64,000 bases of DNA from the NCBI GenBank assembly GCA_963667255.1, contig OY762940.1, positions 1,408,001 to 1,472,000 of the forward strand. The letters run 5' to 3'. The notes below the pieces were generated by a model, which made no database searches, was not told where the DNA came from, and worked only from the letters and a program-made list of their open reading frames with translations. Origin of the DNA: Candidatus Cloacimonadota bacterium. GTDB lineage: Bacteria; Cloacimonadota; Cloacimonadia; G963667145. Each line of letters begins with the position of its first letter. The first letter of the stretch is position 1. Shown here one piece after another: positions 43,075 through 52,243 of the stretch. The position numbers and the translations under genes were made by a program.

Positions 43075-43845
43075 CTACTCTAAAAATCTCATATCTTCTC
43101 GGGTTTTGAATCTGGCTACGATACGCTCATCTGACATAGATTTTTCTTCATTGTAAACACCAAAATGCACCATTTCACTTAACTCTCGCAAGTATTTTTT
43201 TCTAGGTTTATGAGCAGGATGTCCAATAGCAAGAGTGTCATAGATTTTCAAATAGTCAGGTAATTTTAGCAGTTGCTTTATTTTCTTTTCTTTGATTTTT
43301 GACGATGTCAAGGTCAAATACTGTCCACCGAGACCAAGACTCGTAGTAGCCAAAAGCATTAATTCGAAAGCCGCCGACATACTCGATGCATAAATACTGG
43401 GAACATTTACGATATCCAAAGCCTTTTTGAGCCTTATCTTCTCAGCTACTAATTTATACTTCTGCCCCGGCAAGTTAATACATTTACGAATATCACCACA
43501 CACCACAATTAAAGCTTGAGCATTTTTTGCACTTTTGATTCCGCTATTCATAATAGGAGGGAGCTTGATAAATTTTTTCAAAAGCTTTATTTTCATTATA
43601 ACTTTCGCAATCGCAGGAATATTAATTTCTTCTGGTTTAATAAAAGAAATCTCAGATATCATCTTTTTGTCTGTAACTACAACAAATTCCCAAGGCTGAA
43701 AATTCATCCCCGAGGGAGCGTATCTGGCAGCATCAATAATTTTTAATATTTCACTTTCTTCTACACCTTCATCTGTAAAGGAGATAATTTTTCTTCTACT
43801 TTTCACAATTTTCATAAAATCTTTGTAACTCATTTTAAACTCCAT
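43075..43845 (-). CDS. Nitroreductase family protein
   Basis: SRR...F, AARYAPSGMNFQPWEF, SLGLG, IGHP. Confidence 0.88.
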   Translation of the reverse strand: MEFKMSYKDFMKIVKSRRKIISFTDEGVEESEILKIIDAARYAPSGMNFQPWEFVVVTDKKMISEISFIKPEEINIPAIAKVIMKIKLLKKFIKLPPIMNSGIKSAKNAQALIVVCGDIRKCINLPGQKYKLVAEKIRLKKALDIVNVPSIYASSMSAAFELMLLATTSLGLGGQYLTLTSSKIKEKKIKQLLKLPDYLKIYDTLAIGHPAHKPRKKYLRELSEMVHFGVYNEEKSMSDERIVARFKTREDMRFLE

Positions 43846-43971
43846 AAATCCTCAAACTTCACTCTAAACTTTAGCAAAAATGAGAATATTTAAATTACTA
43901 AAACTGCAAAAAATTCTTACCACTAAAATATAAACCAAAAGTCAGCCTTATTCTAATGGTCGGGAAATTTT

Positions 43972-45714
43972 CTACTTAATATTATAATTATCTATAAACT
44001 TCTGCAAATGGTGTATCCGTGTCGGATGACGCAACTTTATCAACGCCTTATTTTCAATCTGGCGGATTCTCTCTCTGGTAACATTGAAAATACTACCAAC
44101 CTCTTCCAAAGTCCGATGATACCCGTCATCTATACCAAAACGCAACCGCAAAATTTTCTCTTCCCTCGGAGTGAGAGTCCGCAGAACCTCATCAATCTGC
44201 TTTTTGAGCAAAGTCCTCTCGGCGACTCTCTCCGGTGCGATAGTGCTGACATCCTCGATAAAATCACTCAACACAGTCTCTTCGCTACTATCGTTCCCGA
44301 CAGGCTTATCCAAAGAAACCGTATCAGGCGTAAACGACATTATCGTCTTGACCTTATCCGGTGTCAAATCAAGCTCTTCGGCAATCTCCTTGATGTAAGG
44401 CTTGCGACCCAATTTTTGCTCCAACTTCCTCTCAGTCCGATTGAGCTTGTTAATCAACTCAATCATATGCACCGGAATCCGTATCGTTTTCGCTTGGTCG
44501 GCAATGGCTCTGCTGATAGACTGCCTAATCCACCAAGTCGCATAAGTGGAAAACTTAAACCCTTTGCGGTAATCGTATTTCTCCACAGCGTTCATCAGTC
44601 CGTGATTTCCCTCTTGTATCAAATCCAAAAAGTCCAACCCTTTGTTGTTGTATCTCTTGGCAATACTAATCACCAGCTTAACATTCGCCTCTATCATCTT
44701 GTTCTTGGAAATCTCCTTCACCTGTTCGCCTTTGTTGATTTTTTCCAAAATATCCAACATCTCCGAAGATTTCAGCTTCGTCTCCAACTCCACCCGCCTC
44801 ATCTTACGACGAGCATTTTTAATCTTCCGCAAAACCTCAACAAAAACCTCAGGGTCCAATCCGGTCTCTTTCTCCACCGCCTTAGCATCCTCGTCAGACT
44901 TCTGAGCCAATCGCCCATACGAACAAATCTCGTTCACAGTATAAGTCTTGACTTTGGCAATTTCTTTGATAGTTTGCTTACTCTCTATAATCCTCTCAGC
45001 CAAAGAGTTAATCCGATAGATAGCACGAGAAATCATCTTCTTATTGAACTTCATAGTCTCATAGTTTTCAACGATTTGGATACGCAATTTGTCGATTTCC
45101 TTATCTATCTTCTTTTGCTCTTTCTCTTCAACATTTTTGTATCTATCCAGCATATCTCCGATAGCTTTGAACTTCTTTTCGATTTTCTCCAAATTTCTGG
45201 AAAATTCCTCAAAAGTCTCCTCGGTGCGTTCCTTATCCATCCAACTCTCAAAATCCAACTTCAAAATCTGCTCCAGCTTAATTCTTCCCTCGGTATATCT
45301 GATTTTAAAATTTTGAAACTCCTTGAGCGTGCTGCCGGAAATAAAAATGAATTTGTTAATCTTGGCTTGTCCCTCTTCGATTTTTTTGGACAACTCCACT
45401 TCGCCCATTTTATCCAAAAGAGGTATCTTCCCAATCTCTTTCAGATACATCTTCACCGCATCATCAAACCTCTCAATTCTGCGTTTTTTCTGGATATCCT
45501 TTACCTTTACTAACTCTCCGGCTTCCTTCGTTTGCGTCTCATCAACGGTTTTTATTCCCTTATCCGCCAACTCCTCCACAATCTCATCAACCGCATCTAT
45601 AAATAAAGGTGTATCGGGCAAAATTTCATAAAGGTCTTTGTAAGTGATATAATTTTCTTTGTATCTTTTGCAACGAGCGACAATTTTTTTGATATACTTA
45701 GAGTAAATTTCCAT
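43972..45714 (-). CDS. rpoD: Primary sigma factor RpoD
   Basis: [37 protein letters not shown]. Confidence 0.96.
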   Translation of the reverse strand: MEIYSKYIKKIVARCKRYKENYITYKDLYEILPDTPLFIDAVDEIVEELADKGIKTVDETQTKEAGELVKVKDIQKKRRIERFDDAVKMYLKEIGKIPLLDKMGEVELSKKIEEGQAKINKFIFISGSTLKEFQNFKIRYTEGRIKLEQILKLDFESWMDKERTEETFEEFSRNLEKIEKKFKAIGDMLDRYKNVEEKEQKKIDKEIDKLRIQIVENYETMKFNKKMISRAIYRINSLAERIIESKQTIKEIAKVKTYTVNEICSYGRLAQKSDEDAKAVEKETGLDPEVFVEVLRKIKNARRKMRRVELETKLKSSEMLDILEKINKGEQVKEISKNKMIEANVKLVISIAKRYNNKGLDFLDLIQEGNHGLMNAVEKYDYRKGFKFSTYATWWIRQSISRAIADQAKTIRIPVHMIELINKLNRTERKLEQKLGRKPYIKEIAEELDLTPDKVKTIMSFTPDTVSLDKPVGNDSSEETVLSDFIEDVSTIAPERVAERTLLKKQIDEVLRTLTPREEKILRLRFGIDDGYHRTLEEVGSIFNVTRERIRQIENKALIKLRHPTRIHHLQKFIDNYNIK

Positions 45715-45746
45715 TATTCCTCATTTTTTGAATTAAAATTTTGAAC

Positions 45747-45773
45747 ATAACACTCTCAAACTACAAGTGCCAA
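45747..45773 (-). promoter_or_regulatory. CIRCE-like HrcA operator upstream of rpoD
   Basis: TTGGCACTT-N9-GAGTGTTAT vs consensus TTAGCACTC-N9-GAGTGCTAA (14/18). Confidence 0.65.
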
Positions 45774-45812
45774 TATCTGAAAACGGTGTTTTTTTGTAAA
45801 GGAAATTAAAGG

Positions 45813-47024
45813 TCAAACAGCAATATATTTATTATCGCCAATGGAAACAAGCCTTTCCAAAAGTAATTTGTTCGTTATCTTCTCCAAAGGCATCGCCAAC
45901 GAATACAAATCTTCGCCACTTTTATCGGAATCGACCTTAATCAATATCCCCAAAAAAATCAATTTATCGACAACTGCCAATATAAGTGTTTTTTGCAATC
46001 GTAACTTTTTGGACAACTCTTCCAAACTGCTATGGCATTCCAAAGCATCAAATTTTTTCCCAATTTCCTTGATAATCTTACCGGATAAAACAAACAATTG
46101 CTTAAAGCTCATATTACTTTGAAGAGCAACACCGTAGTAGATGTTGTAGTTTTCCAGCACGAAAGAAAACTCCGCACCATAGAGGATAATCATCCAACTG
46201 ATGCGAATCCAAATCACGAACAAAGGCACCGCCGCAAAGCTACCGTAAATGGCGTTGTAAGAAGACAAACCAATCTGCAACCACAAATAAATGTATTGCG
46301 TAAACTGGTAGAGCGAACCTGCCATCACTCCGGCAATCACAGCATATCTGAATTTGACTTTCCGATTGGGCATATACACATACAAAAAAATAAACAAAAT
46401 CCAAACGATGAAATACGGCAAAAGCTTAACGGGGACACTCAAAGCAGAATCCAAAATCTTCCCAAAATATCCGCTTGCATTCACTCGTCGCAACTGTGAA
46501 CTGACAAAAATAGTCACACTGGCAGAGGTCGTGAGCAAAATCGGCAAAATGACCACTACGGAAAAATAGTCGGTTAGCATTTTGGAGAAGTTTCTCTGCT
46601 TCTTCACATCCCAAATCCGATTGAAAATGCTCTCGATTTGCCAAAGTATGGACACTAAACTCCACAACAAAAGGCACAGACCAATACCTATCATCACTCC
46701 GCTTTTTGTTCTCTCCAGCAGATTTTGGGCAAAACCGAAAAATTTCTGAAGAATAAGCTCTTGTTGCGGAACTTGGGCGATTATCTGTTCCCGCAGGAAA
46801 TTCTCCACTCCGAAACCTTTGGCAACGCCAAAAGCCAAAGCCAAAATAGGAACGAATCCCAAAATCGTGTAAAGAGTAAGAGCCGAAGCATGAAATTGAC
46901 AATTGTTGTAAATATAACCCCTTATAGACAAAGGGAAAACACTGAGATATCGCCATTGCGGTCTCTGGGAAAAAAGTCGCAACGAACCAATCAACTTCTC
47001 ATACCAACTAAATCTAATCTGCAT
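45813..47024 (-). CDS. YihY/BrkB family membrane protein with C-terminal wHTH-like tail
   Basis: ASALT.YT, IE..FNRIW, YNAIYGSFAAVP, L.GAE. Confidence 0.88.
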   Translation of the reverse strand: MQIRFSWYEKLIGSLRLFSQRPQWRYLSVFPLSIRGYIYNNCQFHASALTLYTILGFVPILALAFGVAKGFGVENFLREQIIAQVPQQELILQKFFGFAQNLLERTKSGVMIGIGLCLLLWSLVSILWQIESIFNRIWDVKKQRNFSKMLTDYFSVVVILPILLTTSASVTIFVSSQLRRVNASGYFGKILDSALSVPVKLLPYFIVWILFIFLYVYMPNRKVKFRYAVIAGVMAGSLYQFTQYIYLWLQIGLSSYNAIYGSFAAVPLFVIWIRISWMIILYGAEFSFVLENYNIYYGVALQSNMSFKQLFVLSGKIIKEIGKKFDALECHSSLEELSKKLRLQKTLILAVVDKLIFLGILIKVDSDKSGEDLYSLAMPLEKITNKLLLERLVSIGDNKYIAV

Positions 47025-48639
47025 ATAAATCTAAAAATCGGAAATTAACCGAATCGAACAGCCCTCTGTCGCTTATTTTTATCTCGGGAATCACCAATAG
47101 CGTAAGGAAAGACAAACTCATATACGACGAAAATAGCGAAGAACCCGCTTCACAACTGAGCTCTTCCAATTTTTTGTAACTCTTGGCAACCTGCAAATAC
47201 GGCAAATCACTCATAATGCCACCAACGGGCAAAGGCAAAATGAACTCCGTATCTCCATCCACAAATACGATGCCACCCTTGTTTTCTATTATCATCTCCA
47301 TCGCCCGCAAAATATCAGCATCGTTTGTTCCCACAGCCAAAATATTATGACTGTCATGAGCCACGCTACTGGCGATAGCACCTCTTTTCAAACCAAAACC
47401 TTTCACAAAAGCGATTGTGGGCGTTGCCTTCCCCTTATACCGATTGAGATTGACAATTTTCAACAAATCTCTGTCCAAATCACAAACCAATTTTCCCTCT
47501 TCCACTTTCGGCAAAACCTTTGTCCGCTTAGTCAAAACCTGATCTTTCACCAACTCTATTACATTAATTTCCCCGTCTCTGTGCGGAACATCCAAATTTT
47601 CCGGACATTCAACCACAAAATTGTTGATGATTTCCGGCTCGTTATACTGCAAAATCTCTTTCCCTTTCTCAAAAACAACCTCACCGGCTATCACAGTCCG
47701 CATCACATCAAAATACTGTAAATCCTCCATCTCGATAAAGTCAGCAGAATCTCCAACCTGCATCAATCCGACATCCAATCCGTAATGCTTAACGGGGTTC
47801 ACACTCACCATCTGCAACACTTTGAAAAACCCAATACCCCGCCTCACAGCCTTTTGCACCAATAGATTCATATGTCCACGAAGCAAAATATCGGGATGAA
47901 CATCGTCGGAACAGAACATACAATTTTCAAAATTATCGTGACCAATAGGAATCAAATCGTCAAAATTTTTGACCGCAACTCCTTGTCGCATTTGGACTTT
48001 CATCCCGTAATCAATCTTTTCCAGAGCCTCATCAATGGTCACACACTCATGGTCAGTAGAGATTCCGGCATCAATATATTTTTTGGCATCCGCACCACGA
48101 AGCTCGGGAGCATGACCATCCACCAATTTTCCATATTTTCTCGCCATATCCAATTTCGCTTTGACCTTGGGAGTCATATTGATAACTCCCGGGAAATCCA
48201 TAAATTCACCCAAATATTTTAGCTCATCCATTTTCATCAACTCTTCAAGAGCATCAGCATCCAAAACCGCTCCCGAAGAATCGAAATCAGTGGCAGGCAC
48301 ACAAGAAGGAATGCCAAAAAAAATCTTCAACGGCGTTTTTTGACTTTCCCTCAGCATATACTTCACACCCTCAATCCCTGCTACATTGGCTATCTCGTGG
48401 CAATCGGAAACCGTGGCAACAGTGCCAAATCTCACTAAAAGCCGACCAAATTCCGACGGAGTCAGCATAGACGACTCTACATGAATATGCGAATCCACAA
48501 ATCCCGGAAGCAAATAATTGTCATAACTTTTACCCTCTTCCTCGGTAATAGAAACAATTCTACCATTATTCACCTCAATCGTGCCGGGGAAAATCTTCTT
48601 CTTGATAGGATCAACTATATTACCACAAAATAGACTCAT
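47014..48639 (-). CDS. ade: Adenine deaminase
   Basis: D.HIHVESS, HEIANV.G, PSCVPAT, DGHAP, TDHEC, VAHDSHN. Confidence 0.95.
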   Translation of the reverse strand: MSLFCGNIVDPIKKKIFPGTIEVNNGRIVSITEEEGKSYDNYLLPGFVDSHIHVESSMLTPSEFGRLLVRFGTVATVSDCHEIANVAGIEGVKYMLRESQKTPLKIFFGIPSCVPATDFDSSGAVLDADALEELMKMDELKYLGEFMDFPGVINMTPKVKAKLDMARKYGKLVDGHAPELRGADAKKYIDAGISTDHECVTIDEALEKIDYGMKVQMRQGVAVKNFDDLIPIGHDNFENCMFCSDDVHPDILLRGHMNLLVQKAVRRGIGFFKVLQMVSVNPVKHYGLDVGLMQVGDSADFIEMEDLQYFDVMRTVIAGEVVFEKGKEILQYNEPEIINNFVVECPENLDVPHRDGEINVIELVKDQVLTKRTKVLPKVEEGKLVCDLDRDLLKIVNLNRYKGKATPTIAFVKGFGLKRGAIASSVAHDSHNILAVGTNDADILRAMEMIIENKGGIVFVDGDTEFILPLPVGGIMSDLPYLQVAKSYKKLEELSCEAGSSLFSSYMSLSFLTLLVIPEIKISDRGLFDSVNFRFLDLYAD

Positions 48640-48798
48640 ATTACCTCCATTGCTCCAAATGATTACTCATCCACAAAGTTGGCAAATTTTTATATTTCTT
48701 TCCTGATTGTCAAATCTCTTTCTTGCTTATTTTCGGAAATTGTGAGGGCATTTACAAATTTTCTTCTCTTAGCCTTTACAAGTTGAAACGATTTTGGG

Positions 48799-49909
48799 GG
48801 GAGTGTGCAAATAACTGGGTCTGAAATAAGACCTAATTATGTTTGACAGAATAAGTTATGAACATTTATTAAAATGCCATGAGTATAATCAAAAAAAACG
48901 CTGTCCAAATTGTGATAGCTTAAACACAAAAAAGAAGGGATATATTTTCTCTGAAAGAACAACTAATCGTGGGAAAATTAAAGTCAAAACTCAACGATTT
49001 TATTGTAAAGATTGCCAAATAAGTTTTACCAATTTTGGATATAATAAGAGAACTCATTTTGCACCAAAATTCAAAGATAAGGTTGTTACTGACTATATTT
49101 CAACCAAAAGTTCTCTTTCTGAAGTTGCTAAAAGACATGGGATTTGTAAAAATAGTATTCTTAATTGGATACCTCAGCGAGCTAATTTATATCAGGATAA
49201 TGTGTTACACAGCAATATAGATGAGACAACAATTTATATTGATGGCAAGGAAATTAAGATAAACGGTAAGCGAAAAGTTGTCTTAGTCGCCAGTAGCAAA
49301 CTACTTGATAAACCAATATATTACAAGATTTATGATAGAGAACATAGTAGTTCATCTGAAGACTTTTTGAATAGACTAAAAAAAATGTATGACAACAAAA
49401 TAATTGGGATTGTGTCAGATTTTGGGCGAGGGAAGTGCTTTGTTAAGCCAGTTAACCAACTTTTTGAAGATGTTCCACATCAAATTTGCTTGGTTCATTA
49501 TTTAAGAAGCGTTAATATCAATGTTCCTAAAACAAAAAAGAGTAAGTTTTTTAGACGAAATATTTTCTTTAAGAACTTGATTAAGAGCATTTTAAATGCT
49601 GAAACTTTACAAGAAGCTGAAAATAATTTAAGTTCGCTTAATCACTATGAAAAATTTTTTCGCCTAAAAATTCATAAGCGTTTTATTAAATCAATTAATC
49701 GAAACTTTGGTTTATTAACTGCTCATTTTCATTACGATTTTTTGGATAAAACAACAAATAAAATTGAAAATATTAATCGACAATTGAATAGGAAATTAAA
49801 AAATTTAGACGGATTTAAATCTGAAAAAAATATGAATCATTTTTTGAAAATTTGGTTCAATAATTATTCAAAAGGAGTGGAAATTAGACCCAATTAAATG
49901 CACGCTCCC
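48799..49909 (+). mobile_element. IS copy 2, intergenic
   Basis: Same TIRs and ORF as copy 1; flanks ATTTTGGG / ATTTTGTT (6/8 match). Confidence 0.95.
48839..49897 (+). CDS. DDE transposase
   Basis: Translation identical to 7357-8415. Confidence 0.9.
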   Translation: MFDRISYEHLLKCHEYNQKKRCPNCDSLNTKKKGYIFSERTTNRGKIKVKTQRFYCKDCQISFTNFGYNKRTHFAPKFKDKVVTDYISTKSSLSEVAKRHGICKNSILNWIPQRANLYQDNVLHSNIDETTIYIDGKEIKINGKRKVVLVASSKLLDKPIYYKIYDREHSSSSEDFLNRLKKMYDNKIIGIVSDFGRGKCFVKPVNQLFEDVPHQICLVHYLRSVNINVPKTKKSKFFRRNIFFKNLIKSILNAETLQEAENNLSSLNHYEKFFRLKIHKRFIKSINRNFGLLTAHFHYDFLDKTTNKIENINRQLNRKLKNLDGFKSEKNMNHFLKIWFNNYSKGVEIRPN

Positions 49910-50001
49910 ATTTTGTTAAATTTGCGACAGAAAATTTCGTGAGGAAAGTTGACACAACTTTCAATCAAACAACAAATTAGTTTCGAAACAAGGAGTAAGA
50001 A

Positions 50002-50559
50002 TTGTCTGTGGAAACCGTAAATAAAAAAATAGAAATGGAGTTTGAGAAGTTCTATTCTCAAACTTCCGGTTTGCTATACAATTACATCCTGAAACGAGTG
50101 AGAGACAACGAAAAAAGTTTGGACATCATGCAGAACGCTTACCTCAAAACCTATCCGGAATTTGAAAAGCTCGAATTTCCCAAAAGCTACCTCTACAAAG
50201 TTGCTTACCATATGATTATCGACAACAGCAACAAAAACAAAAGAGAGCAAAACTTGCAAGAGACTCTGCAATATCAATCGGAGCATAACGACAGAAACCA
50301 GTATTTGAGAATGCAGATTGATAAAGCTTTGGATAAACTGAAGCAAAAAGATAGAGATGTTTTCGAGTTGAAGACTTTCCAAGATTTTTCTTACAAACAA
50401 ATTTCCATTATTACCGAGCTAACCCCAAAAGCAGTGGAAAGCGTTTTGACGAGAGTGCGAAACTTTTTACGCGAAGAACTAAAAAATTTGAGGGAATTCG
50501 GCTATCTGCGTTCTCTTACTGAATGTAGCGACGAACAAATCGATACGGAAAATGAATAA
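50002..50559 (+). CDS. ECF sigma factor
   Basis: Region 2 (DIMQNAYLK, SYLYKVAYH) and region 4 (FSYKQIS...VES.L.R); AGGAG before TTG. Confidence 0.85.
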   Translation: MSVETVNKKIEMEFEKFYSQTSGLLYNYILKRVRDNEKSLDIMQNAYLKTYPEFEKLEFPKSYLYKVAYHMIIDNSNKNKREQNLQETLQYQSEHNDRNQYLRMQIDKALDKLKQKDRDVFELKTFQDFSYKQISIITELTPKAVESVLTRVRNFLREELKNLREFGYLRSLTECSDEQIDTENE

Positions 50560-50572
50560 GGAGGTAAACAAA

Positions 50573-50947
50573 ATGATGAAACTTTATGACAACCTAAACA
50601 GATATTATGACAACGAACTGAATATGGAAGAGCGTAAAAAATTTGCGTCTCATCTTAGCAAATGTCCCGAATGTCAAAAAGGATTGAAATTTCTCCAAGA
50701 CATCAGAAAAATAGGAATGTCTGGCATCATTGAACCTCCTGCCTTTGATAGCTTAAACTTCTCTTCCCGTATTTCTTCGTTGCACGATTTCGGTTGTCTC
50801 TTGTGGCAAAAATTCGCCATAGCCGCTTGCTTCATCTTGTTTGCTCTCATCGGGAGTTTCGGAGGGCATTACTTTTCCAACGACTATACAAACGAGATAA
50901 ATTTGGATAATAATTCCATGTACTCATATTTGGAGGAAAACTTATGA
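50573..50947 (+). CDS. Zinc-binding anti-sigma factor (zf-HC2) with TM
   Basis: YYDNEL...HLSKCPEC, one TM; AAGGAGG before ATG 50573. Confidence 0.85.
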   Translation: MMKLYDNLNRYYDNELNMEERKKFASHLSKCPECQKGLKFLQDIRKIGMSGIIEPPAFDSLNFSSRISSLHDFGCLLWQKFAIAACFILFALIGSFGGHYFSNDYTNEINLDNNSMYSYLEENL

Positions 50948-51306
50948 AAAAGTGGCTTATTTACGGACTACTTGTTTGTTCCCTGATTTTCAACGCTATC
51001 TTCATCATTGGTGCATATAGATGTCGGGCAAGAATACCTATGGAGCCTCCGCCACGAATGAAGCCGCCCAAAATGGATGCAATGCGGGATTTTTTTGAGC
51101 TAAACAAAACTGAACTGGTAAACGATATGCAAGAATACAAAAAAATTAGAGGCAGAATTGCAGATAAAATGTTCGATAAAAACACGGAAATAGAAGATAT
51201 GATTTTATTGGGAGATTCGCTGATAGAAATAACTGTTAAACGAGAAAAAAAATTTGTGAGATGTTTGATTAACTATCAAAATAATAAAAAGAGAAAAGGA
51301 AATTAG
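50944..51306 (+). CDS. Membrane-anchored periplasmic helical protein (heavy-metal-sensor-like)
   Basis: N-terminal LL..SLIFN anchor, Pro/Met linker, helical C-terminus; ECF operon context. Confidence 0.55.
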   Translation: MKKWLIYGLLVCSLIFNAIFIIGAYRCRARIPMEPPPRMKPPKMDAMRDFFELNKTELVNDMQEYKKIRGRIADKMFDKNTEIEDMILLGDSLIEITVKREKKFVRCLINYQNNKKRKGN

Positions 51307-51307
51307 A

Positions 51308-51568
51308 ATGAAAAAAATAGGATTTATAATTATGGTTCTTTGCTTGGTAACTTCTGCTTTTGCTTTCGGTTCAGGTTCAGGCTCAGGTTCAGGTTCAGGC
51401 TCAGGCTCAGGTTCAGGCTCAGGTTCTAAAGGCAACAATGGTTACGGAAGTGCATGTAGTGCATGCACAAATGCAAAAGAAAGAAATGAGAATTGCTATA
51501 GGTATGAAAATCAAAAAGAACAAGCAACACCAAGTGATGAAGCATCAAATAAAGATTTAACTAACTGA
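51308..51568 (+). CDS. Small secreted protein with (GS)10 tract and CxxC
   Basis: Signal peptide ending AFA, (GS)10, ACSAC...ENC. Confidence 0.65.
   Translation: MKKIGFIIMVLCLVTSAFAFGSGSGSGSGSGSGSGSGSGSKGNNGYGSACSACTNAKERNENCYRYENQKEQATPSDEASNKDLTN
51368..51427 (+). repeat. Hexanucleotide tandem repeat (GGYTCA)x10
   Basis: ggttca/ggctca units encoding Gly-Ser. Confidence 0.95.
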
Positions 51569-51636
51569 ATTAGCAGTTAGATAAAAAAACTACTAGTAGA
51601 CAAAAAAAAGAAAATTAACGCATTAGGAGACAAATT

Positions 51637-52065
51637 ATGAAAAAATTTGGATTTATAATTATGGTTCTTTGCTTGGCAACTTCTGCCTTTGCTTTTGGAC
51701 CAAATGACGATGACGGGAAACATAAAAATATTGGCAAGCATGAAAACGGTCGTCAACCGATGGAAAGAAGATTTGACCATTGTTCAGAGTTCCCTATGGG
51801 CTGCGATGTGGAGCTGACCCAAGAGCAAAAAGACAAAATGAGCGATATTCATAAAAAACATCGTGACGAAGTTTTTGATATCCGCACAGATATCCAAAAA
51901 ACTAAGGTTGACCAACGAGTAAACTTGAAGAAACACGATTTTGCTAAAGCAAAAGCTAACGCCAAAAAAATCAATGCTCTTAGAGGACAGATTGAAGATT
52001 TGAAAATTGATATGATGGAAGATTGCTACAATGTATTAACCAAAGAACAAAAAGCGAAACTATAA
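51637..52065 (+). CDS. Spy/CpxP/ZraP-family periplasmic protein
   Basis: Signal peptide and two LTxxQ motifs (LTQEQ, LTKEQ). Confidence 0.85.
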   Translation: MKKFGFIIMVLCLATSAFAFGPNDDDGKHKNIGKHENGRQPMERRFDHCSEFPMGCDVELTQEQKDKMSDIHKKHRDEVFDIRTDIQKTKVDQRVNLKKHDFAKAKANAKKINALRGQIEDLKIDMMEDCYNVLTKEQKAKL

Positions 52066-52078
52066 CATATAGTGGAGC

Positions 52079-52120
52079 AAAAGCCACCTTTTTTTTGAAG
52101 AATTTTTAGGTGGCTTTTTT
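52079..52120 (+). terminator. Terminator of the ECF operon
   Basis: AAAGCCACCT...AGGTGGCTTTTTT. Confidence 0.75.
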
Positions 52121-52138
52121 CTTTGCTTATTTCGCTTA

Positions 52139-52165
52139 TTGGCACTCATAGAAATAGACTGCCAA
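52139..52165 (+). promoter_or_regulatory. CIRCE (HrcA operator) upstream of htpG
   Basis: TTGGCACTC-ATAGAAATA-GACTGCCAA, followed by TTGACA. Confidence 0.85.
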
Positions 52166-52243
52166 AAATAATTTGACAAAATTCAACCCCTCTAAATCAT
52201 GCCGTTATAAAAACTAATAATTTTAAAAACAAGGAGTAAGATT

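Noticed and set aside
44008..45513. 501-aa plus-strand ORF (and similar long ORFs opposite secA, iscS, EF-G2, ktrA, htpG)
   Set aside because: Antisense shadows of well-conserved genes, with no recognisable motifs.
48640..50001. IS-mediated inversion or replication origin/terminus at the gene-strand switch
   Set aside because: The 6/8 flank match argues that the two sides were contiguous; no DnaA-box cluster or dif-like site recognised.
51368..51427. CRISPR array
   Set aside because: Spacerless 6-bp coding microsatellite; no repeat-spacer arrays or cas genes seen in the window.
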